DNA from: Rhodothermales bacterium | GTDB taxonomy: Bacteria > Bacteroidota > Rhodothermia > Rhodothermales > Bin80 | NCBI GenBank assembly: GCA_965216255.1 | Contig: OZ244148.1 | Coordinates: 66,091-130,090 of the forward strand | Direction of reading: 5' to 3' | Length of the DNA: 64,000 bases | Shown: positions 39,199 through 48,600 of the stretch, in pieces | Layout of the letters: every line of letters begins with the position of its first letter | Numbering within the stretch: position 1 is the first letter of the stretch | Position numbers and translations under genes: made by a program | The notes under the pieces: model-generated | The model's database searches: none | The model's input: the letters and a program-made list of their open reading frames with translations, nothing else | What the model was told of the DNA's origin: nothing

Positions 39199-42100
39199 CT
39201 ATGAACCAAGAGCTACAATGGTCCCGGAATGGCTCAAGCCTACCAACGGAATCGCGGTGCAAATGATCGTTCGATGATCGGTAGCGCGAGTTATGTTTCT
39301 AATCGCAAGTGCCGTCCCAATTCTGCGATGGATGCATGGAACAATTCGTGTAAGTGCGGTATAACCATTTGCTCTGCTTTGCTCTGCTTTGCTCTGCTTT
39401 GCTCTGCTTTGCTCTGCTTTGCTCTGCTTTGCTCTGCTTTGCTCTGCTTTGCTGCCTATTTTGTCGGCTATAGCCTGTTCGGGGACCCAATATCTCGGAA
39501 GCACTACTTGATTGGGATCGCGTTTTTCCACTGCCGCCAACTCTTGTGCATTCATATTCTTAGGATTACTTTCGCTCGCGCCCTCGTACGTCGCAAAACG
39601 GTGATCGTACTGATGAAATAGCTTAGCTTCGTATAGTGGCAGGTAGCGCTCGTCTCCGAAAACGAACGCGTTGCCTTTGAGCTCCCAGCCGTCGTCTTCA
39701 AGTTGGACGCGAGTTCGGAATACGCCTGAATCATTGGCCATGTCAAACATTCTAGAGAATCTCACGCCCCACGGATTCTCGTCCGACTCCTTCCCCCGCC
39801 CCTCTCGCCAAAGCACTCCAGCCCGTTGGTACATCTTGCGGACAATCTCCATATCTCGGCGCGTCCGAAAAATTGGACAGGTCAGGGTATTGGGGTTGAA
39901 GAGCCGAAAGTCAGCTTCCGACATATGAAAGCTGCGCTCCCTGTCACGGAGATGCTCAGTTCTATGGAGGTAGAAGGCGAACTCGGGGGCCTCACACGGA
40001 TGTTTGATCCCTGTCAATGTCATAAGTGAGAATTTCATGCGACTGTCTACGGCGGGAAACAATTTTTGCCGATTCTCAAAATCATAGAAGCTGACGAGGC
40101 GCTTGTTCGTTACGATATCAGCAAAGAAATCTTTTGTTGTGTCATCTGTGGCGATGCCACTAGGGACGAGCATGCCAGCGCGCCCGCGTTCATTAAGCAG
40201 TTGGAGAAAGGTTTCAGCAAACAACGCATAGGTATTGATGTCGCCTTTGCCCGTAAGAGGAAACCTGCCCCCACACCGAACGAATTGACTTGTTTTCTCG
40301 GCGCGGCTCTTGGCCATCTCGTAGGCGACAAGAAGCTGCCTATCGGCCGGTGATGCGGCAGGAGCGCCTAGCTTTTTTATGAGTTCAGCGCGCGCCGCCT
40401 TGTTTGGCGCGTTGGCAATCTCCTCAGACCTGGACGCGAAGAACTCCTTCTCCTGCAGTTTTATCTTCTCCCACGGGGGATTTCCCAACACGACGTCGAA
40501 GCCTCCGCCATACATAATGTCTGCGAACGCCGTATTCCAATGAAAAAACCGGTTTTCTTTTGCCAGCACGGTGACATTGGTGCTTACTGCGCTCTCAATT
40601 AACTGGTCGCTCTCCACACCAGACCCTGGACGAGCTATTCGAAGCAGATGTGCCGTAGTCGGCACACTAAGACTTGAATCTTGTGCCTTCTTAGCAAAGA
40701 AAGCGCCCACAAACAAATTGCCCCGAAGATTTGCCACCTGCCTTTCCGGGTTTCGCCGCGCGCGCATGTCGGCTTCCTCCTTCCGTCGCACATCATCGAG
40801 GCTTTGATCTCCCATCTGGTTCACGCCAGCCGATTCATGCGCAACGAACGCCCCTTGGTTTTCGAAACCAAGCTCCAGTTGATTCGTGTTAGCTACCTTC
40901 TTGTTTCGTTTCTTGAGATCCGCGCAGACGCTCTTGGCGTCTCCGGTCTTGGGATCGTATGCCTTTGAGGGAATTCCTCTCTTCGTGATGGTTTCATCGA
41001 CAAGACCTAGGAGGCTGTCACCGCACTTAACGTGGTGATCCAGGTAGGACAGCGGCTTGCCGGGCTCCAGGGCCTCCATCCACAGGGCGGTCTTGCAAAG
41101 CTCCACGGCGAGCGGGTTACGATCTATTCCGTAGATGCATTTGCCAAGAACGTCTCTCAGCGTGCGCTGCAGATACGATTCGCTCACATCATCGGGTGAC
41201 GCAACACGAACCACCTCCGCAGCAATGCGACGGGCAGCGGCAAGAAGAAAATGGCCTGAGCCGCAGGCAGGATCCACGACCTTAAGCTTCAGAAGAGCCC
41301 TTCTCGGATCAGCCGGATTGTTCCGAATAGTGTCTTCGAGCACCGGAACAAGTGCGGATTTTATGATCTCATCTACCAGTGTAGGCGGCGTGTAATAGGA
41401 ACCACTGAGCTTCCGAGCCGAACCCTTCACTTTGGCGCCGTCACCGATGAAGCCGAAAGACCACGGCATAGTTTCCGTTTTCAGCCAGGGCTGCAATTCC
41501 AGCAGGCTTTCGTAAACGGAACCGAGTTCCTCCGTGCCCATGTCACGGTAATTTATTCTGGTCAGCCCAGTATTTGAGTCAAAAAAACTGAGTGCCCTTA
41601 TGGTCGACAGAAGCCAGGAGTTACGGATATGAGCGGTATCCAGGGCCGGGCACTGCTTTTTTGCAAAGAGTCCTCCGAGCCCAGATATCCCCAACGCTGG
41701 CTGCCCGACACGCAAGGCCTTAAACGCAACCAGGACACCTAGCCAGAGGTCATGCTGTTGATCGTAATGTCTATTCCGTCGAGACCGTTCAACTAGGCGA
41801 GCAATCGAGTAGCCTTCCTGATACATTTGACTCTCGGCTGTCAAGGTATTCGGATCATGCAGCAGACTCCGAGCTTCGGCTGCAAGCAGAAACAGGAAGC
41901 GGTAGACGAGTCGCAGCAACTGCTCATAGTAATTGTAGGTCGTGAGCCTCCCATCCCTAAGCATCTCGCGCAGGTCTATATTCGCCGGGTGCTCCAGGAA
42001 TCCATTTCCAAGCTGACGCAAGGCCTCTGTCACACCCAAGCGCAGCTTGCCCCGCACCCTTTCGCCCGTTTCGTGAGCCTTTTCTCGCCACATCTCGAAC

Positions 42101-42777
42101 CTGCAACTAGACGGACGGTCCGTCTTCGGACTAAGGCGACTGGCATGGACGGTGAGCCAGAGCATTCTGAACTCCGGATAGCGTTCCTCCTCGAAAATTG
42201 TCTCCAGATCCGCTTCCAGAAAGGACGGACGAGTAAGGCTCGGGTTGTCGCGCAGTAGGCGAAGAGCCTTCCCGTTGGATGCCATTCCCCACAGACACGC
42301 GTCCTCTGCATTCAGGAATTCTTGCGTTACGCCGTGAGGAGAATCTCGTCTTCCATCCGTTCCAAACAGCTGGTTCGCCTTATCCAACCTGAATTCCATC
42401 GGTGCAAGCACAATAGGCACAGAGCCGCCACATGCGCGGTGTGTAAGTTTGAACTCGCGCTCTCCCACGGTAGCAGGTGCGCACTTCTTCAGGTCCTGAT
42501 ACCCAAGCACATCCCGGAGAAGGGGCTCGAGCCATTCATCAACCACCACGTGCTCGGAAATCCCATGCCTGACTCTCAAGGAATCGTACAAATCACAGGC
42601 AATGCGCCAGTACCGCCCGATCTCTTCCTTCAGCATGAGCGATTTCGAGAGACCGTAATCCGCGCTGGACTGCTCCGGTGCTTTTAGTGCATTCACGTCC
42701 TCCAGGAATTCGGACGGCAGGATGCCACCTTCGACCCGTACGGCACTGTACCCCGAATGACTACTCCGATACTGCAT
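39199..42777 (-). CDS. DISARM DrmMI-like N6-adenine methyltransferase (Eco57I/type IIG-like)
   Basis: EELGSVYESLL, GSYYTP, DPACGSGHFL, GNPPW, FENRQKLF, LPLYEAK, PRYWV. Confidence 0.88.
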   Translation of the reverse strand: MQYRSSHSGYSAVRVEGGILPSEFLEDVNALKAPEQSSADYGLSKSLMLKEEIGRYWRIACDLYDSLRVRHGISEHVVVDEWLEPLLRDVLGYQDLKKCAPATVGEREFKLTHRACGGSVPIVLAPMEFRLDKANQLFGTDGRRDSPHGVTQEFLNAEDACLWGMASNGKALRLLRDNPSLTRPSFLEADLETIFEEERYPEFRMLWLTVHASRLSPKTDRPSSCRFEMWREKAHETGERVRGKLRLGVTEALRQLGNGFLEHPANIDLREMLRDGRLTTYNYYEQLLRLVYRFLFLLAAEARSLLHDPNTLTAESQMYQEGYSIARLVERSRRNRHYDQQHDLWLGVLVAFKALRVGQPALGISGLGGLFAKKQCPALDTAHIRNSWLLSTIRALSFFDSNTGLTRINYRDMGTEELGSVYESLLELQPWLKTETMPWSFGFIGDGAKVKGSARKLSGSYYTPPTLVDEIIKSALVPVLEDTIRNNPADPRRALLKLKVVDPACGSGHFLLAAARRIAAEVVRVASPDDVSESYLQRTLRDVLGKCIYGIDRNPLAVELCKTALWMEALEPGKPLSYLDHHVKCGDSLLGLVDETITKRGIPSKAYDPKTGDAKSVCADLKKRNKKVANTNQLELGFENQGAFVAHESAGVNQMGDQSLDDVRRKEEADMRARRNPERQVANLRGNLFVGAFFAKKAQDSSLSVPTTAHLLRIARPGSGVESDQLIESAVSTNVTVLAKENRFFHWNTAFADIMYGGGFDVVLGNPPWEKIKLQEKEFFASRSEEIANAPNKAARAELIKKLGAPAASPADRQLLVAYEMAKSRAEKTSQFVRCGGRFPLTGKGDINTYALFAETFLQLLNERGRAGMLVPSGIATDDTTKDFFADIVTNKRLVSFYDFENRQKLFPAVDSRMKFSLMTLTGIKHPCEAPEFAFYLHRTEHLRDRERSFHMSEADFRLFNPNTLTCPIFRTRRDMEIVRKMYQRAGVLWREGRGKESDENPWGVRFSRMFDMANDSGVFRTRVQLEDDGWELKGNAFVFGDERYLPLYEAKLFHQYDHRFATYEGASESNPKNMNAQELAAVEKRDPNQVVLPRYWVPEQAIADKIGSKAEQSRAKQSKAEQSRAKQSKAEQSRANGYTALTRIVPCIHRRIGTALAIRNITRATDHRTIICTAIPLVGLSHSGTIVALGS
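39371..39450. repeat. Simple sequence repeat (GCTCTGCTTT)x8 inside the MTase ORF
   Basis: Eight exact 10-bp units, read as AEQSRAKQSK on the minus strand. Confidence 0.97.
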
Positions 42778-42780
42778 CCC

Positions 42781-45627
42781 TTACTCTATTGACGGCACGA
42801 CCACAAGGATACCAATCAGGTCAACCGATTGCGCTGGCTCCACATCGTACTTAACTCCCTGGGCTCGACCGGCATCCCGAATACGTCTATGATCCTCCAG
42901 TAATTCAGTGGCCCTTGCTTTGGCAATACTACGAAACTCATCTTTCAGCATGTCGAATCGCCGAAGCGCCTTCCTTAGCTCGTAGCTTTGCTGCGCTTTC
43001 GCCATATTGCGGGTGGGTACGTGGGCGAGCATTTTCTGGGCCTGGTCTTCGCTCATGAGCTTTGGCAGAGCATTTCCCATAACTCCGGTCGCAACACATT
43101 CCTCCACCACATGCGTTCGGTCCGCACCGAATCTGCCATCCTCGTTGCGGCGAGAGCGAGTAAGTAAATGCCGCAGCCGCAGCAAGTACACCGTCGTTCG
43201 TGTAATAACCCCAGCAGTGAACATTGCGCTCGCCCGCGCTCCTATTCCTTCACTTGCGGAATCCAGCATCTTTTCAGCGACATAATCAGCCATTGCGGTA
43301 ACCAGCGGATGGGTCCGATGGATAAACACTTCACCGGGCCTCAACTCAGATCTAGAGAATGAAAGCGGCGTCAATTCAGTCAACCCTGAAGAAGCCAGAG
43401 CATCTCGTAGCACGCTGGGCAAGTGCTCGATCGACAGCCGAAAACTACCGCCCTTCTTATCCATTGGTGCACCCAATTGAATGGTCGCACGCCGAACAAA
43501 CTGTTCAACATTACGCTCTCCACCCAATACGGAAATAGTCTTTTTCCATTCAGGTAGGACATCGGTCGGCTTGAGCTTTCTTTGGGCAAAGACGGTACGC
43601 GTCATTTTTTCACCAGCCGTTCTCCACGCACTGTCAACCGGGTCCCCTGCATAACCCAGGTTCAGCACGGCTTGGCGACCGTCTGATCGAAGCAACACGG
43701 ATGCCATTATCGCTTCAATGACGTCTCTACTTTCTCCAGGCAATGGCACTGCTACGCCAAGTGCCTTACGAATCCGTTCCGCTTTGCGAACAATTACTTG
43801 GAGCACCGCACCGTCGACAGGATTGTTCCTGCCATAGAGCATAACCGTGCGAACGGTTCTAGACCTCTGACCGAACCGATCCGCTCGTCCTTCACGCTGT
43901 TCATGCCGCGTGGGATTCCACGACAAGTCGTAATGAACCACGGAATTAAAAAAATCCTGGAGATTGATCCCTTCCGAAAGGCAATCCGTGGCAACGAGAA
44001 CCGGTACTTTGCCGTTTGCAAGCTCTACGCCGAGGTCGTGCACGGATTCCTCCCTCCTAGCGGACGTCTGCTCACCCGTAACCACAGCAACAGCCACTAC
44101 GTTTCTCTGGAGATGCACTCTGAGCGCTTCCCCGACATAATGAGCGGTAGCAATGTAGCGGCAGAAAACGACCGGACGAAAACTCTCGGAGACCAATTCC
44201 TTTATGCTCTTAATGAGCGCTTTCAGCTTCGGGTCACTGGTCGGTCCACGAAGCACCTCGGCCCGCTGCTGCAACGATCGCAATGCTTCCATATCGTGCA
44301 GCCCGATCCCGCCTCCCGGCTCCCGTTCGCTTTGTGATAACAGATCTTCGCCTACGTCGTCGGTCACCATTCCCCGGATCGCATCTTCAAGTTTGTTGGC
44401 GTTGAATTCACCGTTTTCACAAGCCGTAGATTTGATGCGCGTGCTTAGTGCAATTACTGCCGCGGCAGGACTGGAGGAGATGCACCTCAGTAACGCAAGC
44501 GCAGCCCACCAAGACATGCGCTGTTCCCTTTTGGTGCCACCACTGGCCCGATCTACTAGCGCCCGCGCATAGCGCAGTACATGATTGAAGAGTTCCATCC
44601 ATGCTCCCGTCCACTCGAACGTCGTCTCACGGCTTTCACGAACAGGGAATATAGTTTCGTCTTGCCATTCGGCAATGTCGCCTCTTCGCCGCTGCACTAA
44701 ATGCATTCTCAACTGCTCTTGGATATACCTTCTTTGCGATTCATTCTCTGTACGTCCAATTTCGCCGAATTCCGGCCTCAATAACCCTAGTAGATTGTAA
44801 AATGCAGTGTCATTGCCCGAATGCGGTGTAGCAGTAAGAAACAGCATTCCCCGAGAACGCGCAGCCTCCGCTAGGCCCTTCACCAACTGATAACGCTGGT
44901 GCCTCGTTCTCGAATTGAAGCGCACGCATGTGTGCGCCTCATCAACGATCACGAATTCCGGGCAGACCCGTAGGAATTCATCACGCCGTCGATCCTGCTT
45001 GATATAGTCCAGAGAGACCACCGTAAATGGATAGGCCTCAAAAATGGATTCGCCCGGCCTAAGCCCACGTTCTAGACGTGAGGCCGTGGTAGTTCGAATA
45101 ACTTCACTTCGAATATTGAACTTTTGAGCCATCTCATGCTGCCACTGATCGCAAAGGTGGGGCGGGCAAATTACACTCAAACGTACGATTTCGCCGCGAT
45201 CTATAAGCTCGCGCGCAATCAGTCCAGCCTCGATGGTCTTGCCAACGCCAACATCATCCGCAATAAGCAACCGTACCGGCTCAAGCTTGAGCGCCATGAG
45301 GAGTGGCACCAGCTGATACGCTCGAGGCTCAAAATTCAGGCTGCCGAAACTCCTAAAGGGGCCCGCACCTGAGCGCAACTTCAGCCGTAGCGCATCCCAC
45401 GTTAACAGGAGCTCATCTTTCGTGCCTAGCTGCTCCGGATCTGGCAGGTCGAATTGCGCAGGCTTTGGCTTCTCGGGCTCAATGGGCAGATATACGACCG
45501 TAGCGTCTTCATCCCTCCCTGCCAGCGGCCTGAGTCTAAGTACACCTTTGCGGTGCTCCGGAAGGACAATCCATTCGCGGCCTCGCAGCGTGACCAAATC
45601 ACCGGGCCTGTAGTCGACCTGCATCAC
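42781..45627 (-). CDS. DrmD-like SNF2 helicase
   Basis: EPRAYQL, ADDVGVGKT, DEAH, TATPH, SEGINLQ, WNPTRHEQREGR. Confidence 0.9.
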   Translation of the reverse strand: MMQVDYRPGDLVTLRGREWIVLPEHRKGVLRLRPLAGRDEDATVVYLPIEPEKPKPAQFDLPDPEQLGTKDELLLTWDALRLKLRSGAGPFRSFGSLNFEPRAYQLVPLLMALKLEPVRLLIADDVGVGKTIEAGLIARELIDRGEIVRLSVICPPHLCDQWQHEMAQKFNIRSEVIRTTTASRLERGLRPGESIFEAYPFTVVSLDYIKQDRRRDEFLRVCPEFVIVDEAHTCVRFNSRTRHQRYQLVKGLAEAARSRGMLFLTATPHSGNDTAFYNLLGLLRPEFGEIGRTENESQRRYIQEQLRMHLVQRRRGDIAEWQDETIFPVRESRETTFEWTGAWMELFNHVLRYARALVDRASGGTKREQRMSWWAALALLRCISSSPAAAVIALSTRIKSTACENGEFNANKLEDAIRGMVTDDVGEDLLSQSEREPGGGIGLHDMEALRSLQQRAEVLRGPTSDPKLKALIKSIKELVSESFRPVVFCRYIATAHYVGEALRVHLQRNVVAVAVVTGEQTSARREESVHDLGVELANGKVPVLVATDCLSEGINLQDFFNSVVHYDLSWNPTRHEQREGRADRFGQRSRTVRTVMLYGRNNPVDGAVLQVIVRKAERIRKALGVAVPLPGESRDVIEAIMASVLLRSDGRQAVLNLGYAGDPVDSAWRTAGEKMTRTVFAQRKLKPTDVLPEWKKTISVLGGERNVEQFVRRATIQLGAPMDKKGGSFRLSIEHLPSVLRDALASSGLTELTPLSFSRSELRPGEVFIHRTHPLVTAMADYVAEKMLDSASEGIGARASAMFTAGVITRTTVYLLRLRHLLTRSRRNEDGRFGADRTHVVEECVATGVMGNALPKLMSEDQAQKMLAHVPTRNMAKAQQSYELRKALRRFDMLKDEFRSIAKARATELLEDHRRIRDAGRAQGVKYDVEPAQSVDLIGILVVVPSIE

Positions 45628-48600
45628 TCTTTGGTCCGCCTACTGGTCGCACCGAAAACCCAAGGATATGCGCGAATTACGTCCAACCATCTCGCTCTGT
45701 TCAGGGAAAATCGAATCACTACAAACCCCGCGGACTCCAATTCTGCCGTAAGCCTGGCATCTACGGTATGCTGTTCCCGCGTTAAGTGGTGTGGCCCGTC
45801 AATATAAATCAGTGCCTGAGCTTCCTCATAGTAAAAGTCTGCCCGTGTCCGGGGAAGATTCACTAAATGTTGAGCTGAACTCGGCAGGCGGAGATGGTTC
45901 TCCAACATGAACTGCAGCCAGTCCTTCTCCAAGCTGGAGCCTGAGGCATTTAACAGCTCCTCCATGCTGTCCCGCGCTGGGGAGGTATTCCGCAGTCGCC
46001 TCGATCCGACGAGCCGACAAAGCAAGTCCATTGCGGCATCATCTTTTCGATCGATGGCGCCGTGATCAAGTTGGTTGTAGTAGCTGAGGAGGCATCGATA
46101 GCAGCCAGCTTCACAGTCCGCATTGATATCTTCCAGATCCGCCGCACTTATCGACGGTGCCGACTCAAGACGATAGTGACAGACTTGCAGGGCTCTTTGG
46201 GCCACGGCCTGAATACTACCATGCTCATGCACAAGGTGGGACAGCACGCCCGCACCGCCCTCAGACGACTCGAAAAGCAAGATTGCATTCCGAAGATCCC
46301 GATTCGGCAGAGGCTCCACCGCGAGCTCATTCTCTTCCAACTGGTAGAGCTGCTCGATGCCTCTCTTGAGTGCGTATTGCACTGTCACCAAGGATAAATC
46401 ATCGCAGTCAGACAGGGGCCGGACAATAAGCACGTTCCGTGTATCACGAACGAACGGTGTAATGCGTTGGAGCGGTGTGGATTCACCAGAGAATTCTTCA
46501 TCAGGGTCATCTGGATTCTCCGTGCCCTTCGCCCACCTGCCATTCCTGGCGTCAATATGGAAACCATGTATAGACTTCACCTTGCGGCGGCGCCATCCCA
46601 GATTAATCCGCCAAAGCGTTGCAGCTGGAGCATAACTCAGTTCCAGAAGATCCCCTTTGTCATCTCCGAGCACTGCGGTCTCAACCCGTTGTCGCCCATC
46701 GGATTGAGAGAATCTAACCGTCGTGACGATATCGTACCCCAACCGGCGTCGCTCCTCTTCATCCGACGTTATACGCGTAATCCTGCGAGTGGACACTTGT
46801 TCTATACAGTACAAGCGCTCAACCAAGAGTCCGTCGCCAAGGAGTGCATCGCAATGTACGCAACGCTCGAAATCCTGCTGGTCCACAAAGTGTCCATACC
46901 CACACGAGAGACAAATGCGCGCTCGAGTAACCGGTAGCGTGTGGAAAGGCACGTTGGACGCATCCTGACGGCGACTGAGAATGGCTCGCTCGACTCGGTA
47001 TGTGCTGCCTTCGTGATAAATGATGGACCCGGGGCCGAATTCGGAGAGACCAAGAAACCGCGGACGGCTGAGAAAAGACTCTTTCACAGATTTCTCCAAC
47101 CGCCCGGGGATATACGCCAGTAGCGGCAGCCGTGGGAAATTGTAGCCCGGTAGGAAGCCCTCTGAAGCAAGGTACCGGTAAGAATAAAAGTCGGAGCTTA
47201 CGGTAGCTCGTGAGTACAGCAGCAAATTCTGCTGTCTTTGCGCCTCGTCGAATCGAGTCTTTGCTTCCTTTCGCTCACGCTCGCTAGCAGCAAAGTTGTC
47301 GAGAATTTCGAGTGCCAGTTTCTTCTGGCTAACCGTGGCCCGGAAAAGAGTCCTCCAGCGGTCGAAGGCCTCATCCAGCCGCCGCTGCGCGCGTCTGACT
47401 TGATTATCCACCCAAGTATCGGCATACCAAGAGGCCATCCCTTCACCGAATTCCGGCACAATCGTTTCCATGATCCGCCGTACCCTAAGTATTGCACGCT
47501 CAGCGGCTTGCGGTCTACGAAGTTGATCGTCTATTTCAGATGTTATTGGCAGTTCATCGGCCTGTGAGACATCTAGCACTTCGGCAACCGAATGGCTTAG
47601 CATTACGCCAGTTTCCGAGAGCCATACGGCCTGAATGTGGCTTCGGACAAGATCCTCGTTGGTAACATCGATCGCTGGGGGCGATACAATGCCGGCTACA
47701 ACGCGGGCGGGATTCGAAAAAAAATATTGGTCGTGCGGAGATCGGGCCGCGCAGTACGTGACAACCAACGCGGGCTGCCCGCTTCGCCCGGCACGACCGC
47801 TGCGCTGGGCATAGTTGGCCGGTGTTGGGGGTACATTACGCATGTATACGGCATTGAGCGACGCAATATCCACGCCCAACTCCATGGTCGGAGTACAGAA
47901 CATAATTGGCAGCCCTTCTTCGCTATTTTTCCTTGCCAGCCCGCTGCGAAATCGCCTTTCTCTTTCCTGGCGCACATCACTATCCACTTGAGCTGTGTGC
48001 TCTCGGGCCTCTAGCTGATGCAGCAAACGCTCCTCTTGGTCAAGTAATTTGGCGACATTGCGGTAGAGCTCGCAAAAGAAGGTATTTATGGGGCCCTTTT
48101 GCGTCCGGCCATCTTCTTCGGTACCCAAGCGCCATTCCAGTACTGACGCGTTGACATAGTATCCTGTGCGCCCACATTTCAAGTCCGTAGGTTCGATGAT
48201 CCCATAATCGCGCAGAACACGTAGTAAATCGTCCACGACGGTGTTGTAGAACGATTCGTCCCGCTTTGTGGGCAAGTACGGATTATCGTCGCCCCACGTG
48301 CTCGTGCGACGTACCATGGCGCCAAATGTGGATCTATACGAAACATGATGCCGTCTTTCTCGATCCGCTTCCTCCTGGTAGCGAGGGCGTGGTACCATGA
48401 CGGAAAACGACGTGACTTGGTCGTCTTCGGCCAAGGCCCACGGTTCTTTCAGCAGCGTATAGCTCCTACGCTTCAATTTCTCCAATTCCTGATAGTCGAG
48501 AAATGACGACTTGATGCACAATTCCTTCAGCATCCGATCCAGCAACTCGCGCGCAATGGCCATTCTGCCGTCTGGAGAAAGTGCACGAAAGACTGGATGG

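Noticed and set aside
39371-39450. Repeat as a CRISPR array
   Set aside because: Contiguous 10-bp units with no spacers and no cas genes.
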